This document shows positions 58,177-64,000 of a stretch of 64,000 bases of DNA, piece after piece. The stretch comes from an uncultured Verrucomicrobiae bacterium (GTDB lineage: Bacteria; Verrucomicrobiota; Verrucomicrobiia; Chthoniobacterales; JAFAMB01). A program made the position numbers and the translations under genes. Below the pieces are notes generated by a model. It was not told the origin of the DNA. It searched no databases and saw nothing but the letters and a program-made list of their open reading frames with translations. The stretch is from contig CAVXLD010000003.1 of NCBI GenBank assembly GCA_963762565.1, positions 352,001 through 416,000 on the forward strand, in the 5' to 3' direction. Each line of letters starts with the position of its first letter. Position 1 is the first letter of the stretch.

Positions 58177-58744
58177 GTGAAAAGTTATCAAAATGGTAAA
58201 TCGGATTTAGATGCGCGGGATTTGGCGATTCTCAAGTGCCTGGAGAATGACCCTCGCTTGGGGATCAGCGAGCTTGCCCGGCAAGTCGATTTGTCCGCTC
58301 CAACCGTACGGGAACGTTTACAACGGCTAGCCGACACGGGCGTGATTCGCCGTTGGTGGATGGAAATCGATCCGCGGGCGTTGGGTTATCCGATCTGTGT
58401 TTACATTCGAGTGCGTCCAATGCCGGGACAGCTGAACAAAATTGCAGGTCTATGGTGCGGGGTGATCGAGCCAAAAAAGAGATTCATCTGGTGATTGAGC
58501 CTCGGATGTGTACCCACTTTTACCACTACTTCCTGCACGCCGATTTTGGGCTGATGCACGTACGGGTACAGAGTTGGTTTCTTACGCTAACGACCTGCCT
58601 CAAGTGGTCGAGGCGCATCGGGTCACCGGGGAAGATTGTTTTATCATCAAGGCGTACATCAAAGCTCTGGAGAACTTGGATCAGCTGCTGGACCGTTTTT
58701 AAGCGTTCGGTCAAACGACCACCTCGATAGTCCAGTCTTCACCG
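58177..58744 (+). pseudogene. Lrp/AsnC-family regulator disrupted by a 133-bp insertion (58453-58585) and a nonsense codon (58700-58702)
   Basis: LD.RD..IL..L..DPR....ELARQVDLSAPTVRERLQRL, RVRPMPGQLNKIAGL | ANDLPQVVEAHRVTGEDCF...LDQLLDRF*AFGQTTTSIVQSSP. Confidence 0.85.
58453..58585 (+). mobile_element. Fragment 1 of a putative mobile-element protein
   Basis: Translates as MVRGDRAKKEIHLVIEPRMCTHFYHYFLHADFGLMHVRVQSWF, matching my recollection of an uncharacterised ~500-aa transposase-like family (C.H.Y.YF....FG..HVR.Q.WF). Confidence 0.65.
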
Positions 58745-58750
58745 GAGGGC

Positions 58751-59075
58751 TATACTGGAGTGAGGCCAAAGCGAGTACGCTACGGATCTGCTTTTTAAAG
58801 ATGAAGGAGTCTGGCTGCACTTTACCGACAGTTTTTACATCACGGCATTAGTAGTTATGCCAGTCCCGACGTGCTGCGCTTCCTTGGCCAGCGCCGGCCC
58901 ATAGCTCTGAGGCTCAGATAACCAGAACCCTAAAGCAACGGCCCGAAGAGATACGCATACGCCATAGTGTCAACGCTAACTCAATTAAGCTCTATGACAA
59001 GCAGAGCCTGATTTTGCGCGTGGAGACGACGATAAATGAACCAAAACAGTTCAAGGTCTATCGGGCCAGGGGTTC
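58751..59075 (+). mobile_element. Fragment 2 (frameshifted) of the same putative mobile-element protein
   Basis: Pieces across frames: YWS, QSEYATDLLFKDE, LAALYRQFLHHGISSYASPDVLRFLG, LKQRPEEIRIRHSVNANSIKLYDKQSLILRVETTINEPKQFKVYR. Confidence 0.7.
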
Positions 59076-59102
59076 CACAGCGAGGATTGCCGATCCCGGT
59101 AG

Positions 59103-59339
59103 TTGGTAGGGCGAAGCTCCCGAAAGGCGGACCGGCGAATCGGCGAATGGGCGAAACGGCGAGAGGGCGAACCAAGGCGCAAGGCGCTGTGAAGACAATA
59201 ACCTAGAGGCTATAAGGCCAATGACATCGAAAACCAGAGGGTAAGCGCTGAAAGCGTCTACAGAGCGTTCCGTCACAGCGCGTCGCGTGTGTATTCGCCG
59301 TTTCGCCCATTCGCTGTTTCGGGAGCCTCGCCCTACCAA
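59103..59339. repeat. Family D element with internal CGGCGAA repeats
   Basis: TTGGTAGGGCGAAGCTCCCGAAA ... TTTCGGGAGCCTCGCCCTACCAA; inner ggcgaatcggcgaatgggcgaaacggcga / tcgccgtttcgcccattcgc. Confidence 0.85.
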
Positions 59340-59345
59340 ATATCG

Positions 59346-61319
59346 TTACTTTGCAGACCGGTAAGGCAATCCGTTCCGGTAATGATCGAGCTCGGACTGG
59401 AGCGCGTTTGCTAGCGCCGAGTTTCTCTGGTCCGTTGCAAGTTTTAGCGCGTGTTCTGCGGTTTCGATTGCTTCAGAGAATTGTCCTTGCTGGGCATAGG
59501 CTGCCGCCAGGATGCGGAGTACCAAAGGATTCGTGCCACTGGTAGCTTCGTTGGCGCGTTCGGCCAATTTCACCGCGATCGCTTTTCGAATAGTTGATTG
59601 CGGCGATGTAGCCAATGCCCAGGCGAGGTTACCTTCCGCCCGCACATCTTGAGGATTAATTTCGAGTGCCTTCTGGTAGTGATCGATTGCTTCGTCAAGC
59701 TTTCCCTGTTGAAGTAAAACGGCGCCAAGATTGTTGTGGGCGTCTGCGTTATTCGGATTGATTGCCAGCGTCGACTGGTACTCAGTAATTGCGTCATCAA
59801 CTTCACCTCGAGCCAGCAGCGCGTTGGCGAGATTGTAATGAACGCCGGCTTCACCCGGTTTTAATTCAACCGCTTTTTGATATTGGTAAATCGCTTCACC
59901 GAGTTCTCCTTTATTGAGCAGCGCGTTACCGAGATTGGCATAGGCGCTAGCTTCATCCGGTTTGATCTCGATCGCTTTACTAAAGTGGTCGATGGCCTCG
60001 TCGAGTTGCCCCTTCTTTAGAAGAAGTGCGCCCAGGTTATTATGAGCCATCCACGCGGTCGGATTCTTTCTGATGGTTGTCTGCCACACGGTTTCGACGT
60101 CTTGATAAATCCCACTCTGGGTGTGACTCAGCAGAGTCATGGTGATCAATAAGAGGCCGCACAGTGTATATCCGGTCCAACGGTGCCACGGCTGCAAGTG
60201 TTCAAGCAGCAGTGTGATCCCGGCCGATATCGGGACGATGATGCCAAGCAGAGCCAGATATTGGAAATGATCTGCTACTAATGAATACCGGAAAGGATAA
60301 ACGTTAAAAAAACCCAGCACCGGAAACAACGTTCCGATGAAGAAGAGCATTCCAGCTAACGGTGCGCGCCGCCAACGGCTTAACCAGACGAGTATGGCCA
60401 AGGTCAGCCCTAGTGCGACCGGGAATAGGTATTGCCACCAGACGGATTGGCTGACCTGCCAGCGCGGATAAATGAAAATCAGGTCTAACGGCCAAAGCAG
60501 TTTGCCCAGATAAAAGCAGGTAACCCGTCCCGCAATGAGAACGCGTTCGATTAACGAGAATGCGTAGGCTGAGCCTTCAGCGCCGATAAGGCTTCGCTCG
60601 ATCCAGGCGGTAACGGACGCTGCCGCTATGCCAAGAACGAAGAAAGGGAAAAGCGGCAACGCGTCGCGTTTTAAGGATAATTTCCCTCGTTTCCACCAAA
60701 AGATGAGAAGCAGTGCGGCGGGAAGAGTGGCGATGACGGTTTTCGATAGGAGTCCTAATAGAAAAAGTGCAATGGCCGTTAAGTATGGGCCAAGTTTACG
60801 GGTGCGATCGAACTCGAGATAGACCAATCCGGAGCCGAGATAGAAAACGCCCGAAAGTGTGTTCTTAAGTTCTGAGATCCAAGCGACGGATTCGACTTGA
60901 ACAGGATGAAGAGCGAAGATAGCGGCCGCTAACCATGTTCCCGGAATCTCAAGCCGGCGCAAGATCTTGAGCAGGAGGAGGGCCGAAAGGCACTGGAGGA
61001 CGATATTGACCAGGTGATAGCCTACGGGTGAGTTGCCCCAAAGCTGGTGCTCGACCCAAAAGAACGTATGGACCAAAGGATAATATTGTTGGGTGCTACC
61101 CGGCTGGGTCCAGATCTTGACCAGTCCGTCCCAGGAACGTAAATCGGGGCGGGTAATGTGAGCGTCGTCGTCCCAGATGGGGCTTCCATTCAGTGCAGGA
61201 AAGTAGGCGAGGGCGGTGAGAACAAACAAGAGCAGGGCAAAGACCCAATCGTGGCGCCACCAGGGCATCGCTTCGCCGGCTGTAGTTGATGCTTTGATGC
61301 TTTCTCGAAGCTGAGTCAT
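59346..61319 (-). CDS. Multi-TM (GT-C/TMTC-like) membrane protein with C-terminal TPR repeats
   Basis: IWDDD..I, YYPL, GYHLVN, FALHPVQVESVAWISE.KN, LLSK, ADHFQY; TPR units AHNNLG, AYANLG, VHYNLA. Confidence 0.85.
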   Translation of the reverse strand: MTQLRESIKASTTAGEAMPWWRHDWVFALLLFVLTALAYFPALNGSPIWDDDAHITRPDLRSWDGLVKIWTQPGSTQQYYPLVHTFFWVEHQLWGNSPVGYHLVNIVLQCLSALLLLKILRRLEIPGTWLAAAIFALHPVQVESVAWISELKNTLSGVFYLGSGLVYLEFDRTRKLGPYLTAIALFLLGLLSKTVIATLPAALLLIFWWKRGKLSLKRDALPLFPFFVLGIAAASVTAWIERSLIGAEGSAYAFSLIERVLIAGRVTCFYLGKLLWPLDLIFIYPRWQVSQSVWWQYLFPVALGLTLAILVWLSRWRRAPLAGMLFFIGTLFPVLGFFNVYPFRYSLVADHFQYLALLGIIVPISAGITLLLEHLQPWHRWTGYTLCGLLLITMTLLSHTQSGIYQDVETVWQTTIRKNPTAWMAHNNLGALLLKKGQLDEAIDHFSKAIEIKPDEASAYANLGNALLNKGELGEAIYQYQKAVELKPGEAGVHYNLANALLARGEVDDAITEYQSTLAINPNNADAHNNLGAVLLQQGKLDEAIDHYQKALEINPQDVRAEGNLAWALATSPQSTIRKAIAVKLAERANEATSGTNPLVLRILAAAYAQQGQFSEAIETAEHALKLATDQRNSALANALQSELDHYRNGLPYRSAK

Positions 61320-61377
61320 CGATGTTCCCGGCGCGGAGGTTAGCCGATTTTTAGTATTTTGTCGTCACGGGAGATCC

Positions 61378-62070
61378 GGGAGGGCGCGCGTCCTCGCGCG
61401 CCGCGAACAGGTCTGTATTGGCGGTGTAACCCAACGCTCAGTCGGGTCTATCTTGGGCTTCGAGAACGACTGATCGCGAGGACGCGATCCCTCCCAGCGC
61501 TGGGTCCAACAATGCCCCGCGTCGGTGCGCGCGCGTTGACGTAAGGAATCGATGTGATCACCCCGGACGGGGAGGGCGCGCGTCCTCGCGCGCCGCGAAC
61601 AGGTCTGTATTGTCGGTGTAATCCTACGCTCAATCGGGTCTATCTTGGGCTTCGAGAACGACTGATCGCGAGGACGCGATCCCTCCCAGCGCTGGGTCCA
61701 ACAATGCCCCGCGTCGGTGCGCGCGCGTTGACGTAAGGAATCGATGTGATCAACCCTGACGGGGAGGGCGCGCGTCCTCGCGCGCCGCGAACAGGTCTGT
61801 ATTGTCGGTGTAATCCTACGCTCAATCGGGTCTATCTTGGGCTTCGAGAACGACTGATCGCGAGGACGCGATCTCTCCCAGCGCTGGGTCCAACAATGCC
61901 CCGCGTCGGTGCACGCGCGTTGACGTAAGGAATCGATGTGATCACCCCCGACGGGGAGGGCGCACGTCCTCGCGCGCCGCGAACAGGTCTGTATTGTCGG
62001 TGTAACCCAACGCTCAATCGGATCTATCTTGGGCTTCGAGAACAACGGATCGCGAGGACGCGATCCCTCC
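61378..62070 (+). repeat. Tandem array of 192-bp family B units (about 3.6 copies)
   Basis: AGGGCGC starts at 61381, 61573, 61765 and 61957 (exact 192-bp period); units are nearly identical. Confidence 0.95.
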
Positions 62071-62091
62071 AGGCGCGGGCATTGCTCATCC

Positions 62092-63546
62092 CTACCGCTC
62101 AATCACTATCCCGCTCCGACGCTTTAATTTTCTGTTTTGGACCTTGGTCTGAGGAAATTCGCGTTTGTCTTTATGAAAATAACAGATCTCGACCAGGGTC
62201 GGCCAAATCTCGAGGGCCGCGTGGATCTGGCTCACTACGTCATCGACAATGCGGGAGACGTTTTGTTGAAAGAAATCCGGTTCAAATCCGTAAAATGAAC
62301 GCGCCAAGGTCTCGGCAAAGAGTAGAAGAGCCTGTTTGCGTTCAGGGATTTTAGTGACGGCGGCCGCTTGCAGGACGCGCGCGTGTACCGCGGAAATGCG
62401 CTCCAAAATCTCTTCACTATCCTGCAGGCTTACTTCGCCCTCGTAGTCAAAGCGGATCGACAAATCATCAACGCTCTCAAGTGAGGACTTAATCTTTTTC
62501 TTAAGCAGAGTACATATCTCCTCGTTGAATACATCCATCGCTAACGGACTTCGCATGTAGTTGTTCTTAACATGCGTCTGGGCTGCATCGATGTGAGCTG
62601 TGACAATACCGTCCTGTTGGATCCATAACCGGTAGATGTAGTCTTCGAACCGGAGCCGGGTAGGAAAGAAAGGCGGCAAGCCCAAACGATTATCATAGCC
62701 GGCGACGCCGCAATCGATTCGCCAGTTTTTGTTGGTTACAGCGGGGCGGAAGTTTTCGAGGACGTAGACCGCGTCGAGCTCATGCAGATCGTTATGCTGC
62801 TGGTTCTGGTCATGCAGATACATCTCCAAGTAATCCAGCGCGTCGATATCGTTGGTGCCGGTGCGAAAGGTTTGAGCAATCTTTACCACCGCGTTTTTGG
62901 AGACGGGTCCTCGTTCCAAAAGCAGCGAATTTTCGATGGCGAACTCTTTGGTGACATTCGTTTCCAAATCCATCGAAGTATCGATTATCAGGTTACCGGC
63001 TTCGAAGTTGTCCGGCACTTCGCTGACCTTTTTGCCGAGGACATCTTTAAAGGACATCAAGATATCGAATGATTTTTCGATGTAACCGTTATCGCCGTTC
63101 TTCTTTAAGTGGCCACGGCTGATTTCATCCGGCCGAAGCGATTCCGGGCTGCTTTCCACTAGCGCGTAGGGACGCATATCGTCGTCAGCGCTGACCAGGA
63201 ATGAACCCAAGGTGTAAATAAGAGAAAAGTTACGGTTGCCGCCGTAACTTGGCCGGAACAGCGTCCGGACCAGGGACTCGAGTTTTCGGTCGCGCAGTTT
63301 CTTGTTCAGGAACTTCAAGAACTGCTCTTTCTCTCGAGGGCCAATGTAATAGAGGTCGTTGACGGTCCTCGTCTTCTCGAGTTTAGGAAAGTATTTTTCG
63401 TGATTTGCGAGGCTGGAATCATCGAAGACGAGCATTTTGACCGAATGGCCGTTGGTCCAAAAATGTTCGTCGTAAGCCTCAATCGTTTCGGGAACATCAC
63501 GTAAACGGTAAGTCGGTATAGCAAAGACGGTCTCTGGCAATTTCAT
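62092..63546 (-). CDS. Uncharacterised protein with GT-A/nucleotide-sugar-binding-like motifs
   Basis: AIPTYR, VFDDS, SYGGNRNF, SADDDMRP, FFPT.LRFEDY; long ORF with natural composition. Start at ATG 63546 or GTG 63579. Confidence 0.7.
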   Translation of the reverse strand: MKLPETVFAIPTYRLRDVPETIEAYDEHFWTNGHSVKMLVFDDSSLANHEKYFPKLEKTRTVNDLYYIGPREKEQFLKFLNKKLRDRKLESLVRTLFRPSYGGNRNFSLIYTLGSFLVSADDDMRPYALVESSPESLRPDEISRGHLKKNGDNGYIEKSFDILMSFKDVLGKKVSEVPDNFEAGNLIIDTSMDLETNVTKEFAIENSLLLERGPVSKNAVVKIAQTFRTGTNDIDALDYLEMYLHDQNQQHNDLHELDAVYVLENFRPAVTNKNWRIDCGVAGYDNRLGLPPFFPTRLRFEDYIYRLWIQQDGIVTAHIDAAQTHVKNNYMRSPLAMDVFNEEICTLLKKKIKSSLESVDDLSIRFDYEGEVSLQDSEEILERISAVHARVLQAAAVTKIPERKQALLLFAETLARSFYGFEPDFFQQNVSRIVDDVVSQIHAALEIWPTLVEICYFHKDKREFPQTKVQNRKLKRRSGIVIER

Positions 63547-63718
63547 TAATGAGAACTGCGATAAATCGCGAAGTGGCACTTATAGCGATTTGCGTGCCGG
63601 GGGTTTGGGTTGTTAGCGTAAGTCACGTGTATTCAGTAGATTATGACGAGGTCCTATTTTACGTCGCCGTGTAGTGTTCGCATGATGCGACTCTGACGAG
63701 CGTAAAAGATCGCAAAGG

Positions 63719-63955
63719 GCGAGGCCCAAGGGGTCGCCACCCGTGGAGCGTTGCCTCGCTTGCGAGGCCGTGGTGAGCAGGGCGAATACCTTGTGTGGGC
63801 CTGAGCTATATCCTCGCTCTGCAGTGCTCTCGTGGTCTGATACTGACAAGGAGGCCTATCAAGCAGTTCAGAGCGCGGATCGAGCTCAGTCCTGCTCCAA
63901 GTTTCCCCTTGTTCGCCACGGCCTCGCAAGCGAGGCAGCGCTCCACGGGTGGCGA
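63719..63955. repeat. Family A doublet
   Basis: ggggtcgccacccgtggagcgttgcctcgcttgcgaggccgtggtgagcaggg ... cccttgttcgccacggcctcgcaagcgaggcagcgctccacgggtggcgac. Confidence 0.9.
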
Positions 63956-64000
63956 CGCCGCTCAGAGTATCATCTAGCGAGCCAGTTTTCGACCTTCAAA

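Noticed and set aside
61378..62070. CRISPR array or confirmed repeat-protein gene
   Set aside because: Whole 192-bp units are duplicated with no spacers. The ORFs on both strands follow from a GC-rich unit whose length is divisible by three, so they are not listed as CDS.
1..64000. tRNA, rRNA, prophage, integrase or known anti-phage defence genes
   Set aside because: None recognised by eye; a covariance-model or HMM scan would be needed to exclude them formally.

Overview
A 64-kb, moderately GC-rich bacterial window. The TonB-receptor style and the dense intergenic palindromic and heptamer repeats suggest a soil Verrucomicrobiota (Chthoniobacterales-like) genome; this is inference from pattern recognition only. 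Content from left to right: (1) a FadR/GntR-regulated sugar and sugar-acid locus (UxaE-type tagaturonate epimerase, L-galactose-dehydrogenase-like aldo/keto reductase, frameshifted Zn-dependent dehydrogenase, sugar ABC transporter) with visible TGGT-N3-ACCA operators; (2) a TonB-dependent receptor and small accessory genes; (3) a ThDP enzyme and a near-complete aerobic phenylacetate cluster (paaABCDE-N-Y-F-G-H-I-K with divergent paaX and a TGATAC-N27-GTATCA operator; no paaJ or paaZ); (4) a MarR-RND-MFP efflux unit; (5) an MFS polyol permease fused to a HAD hydrolase; (6) a lactate/glycolate permease separated from glcDEF by an MdtABC-OMF cassette; (7) EamA and an Lrp gene interleaved with fragments of a putative mobile-element protein; (8) a TMTC-like membrane/TPR protein, a 192-bp tandem array and an uncharacterised GT-A-like protein. 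The most striking signal is a set of about ten short repeat families that fill most intergenic gaps as inverted pairs and also enter coding sequence in frame. The same GGCCTCGCAAGCGAGGC element encodes VGLASEARST in both PaaD and an RND pump, in the pump between 14-bp direct repeats. No rRNA, tRNA or CRISPR array was recognised.
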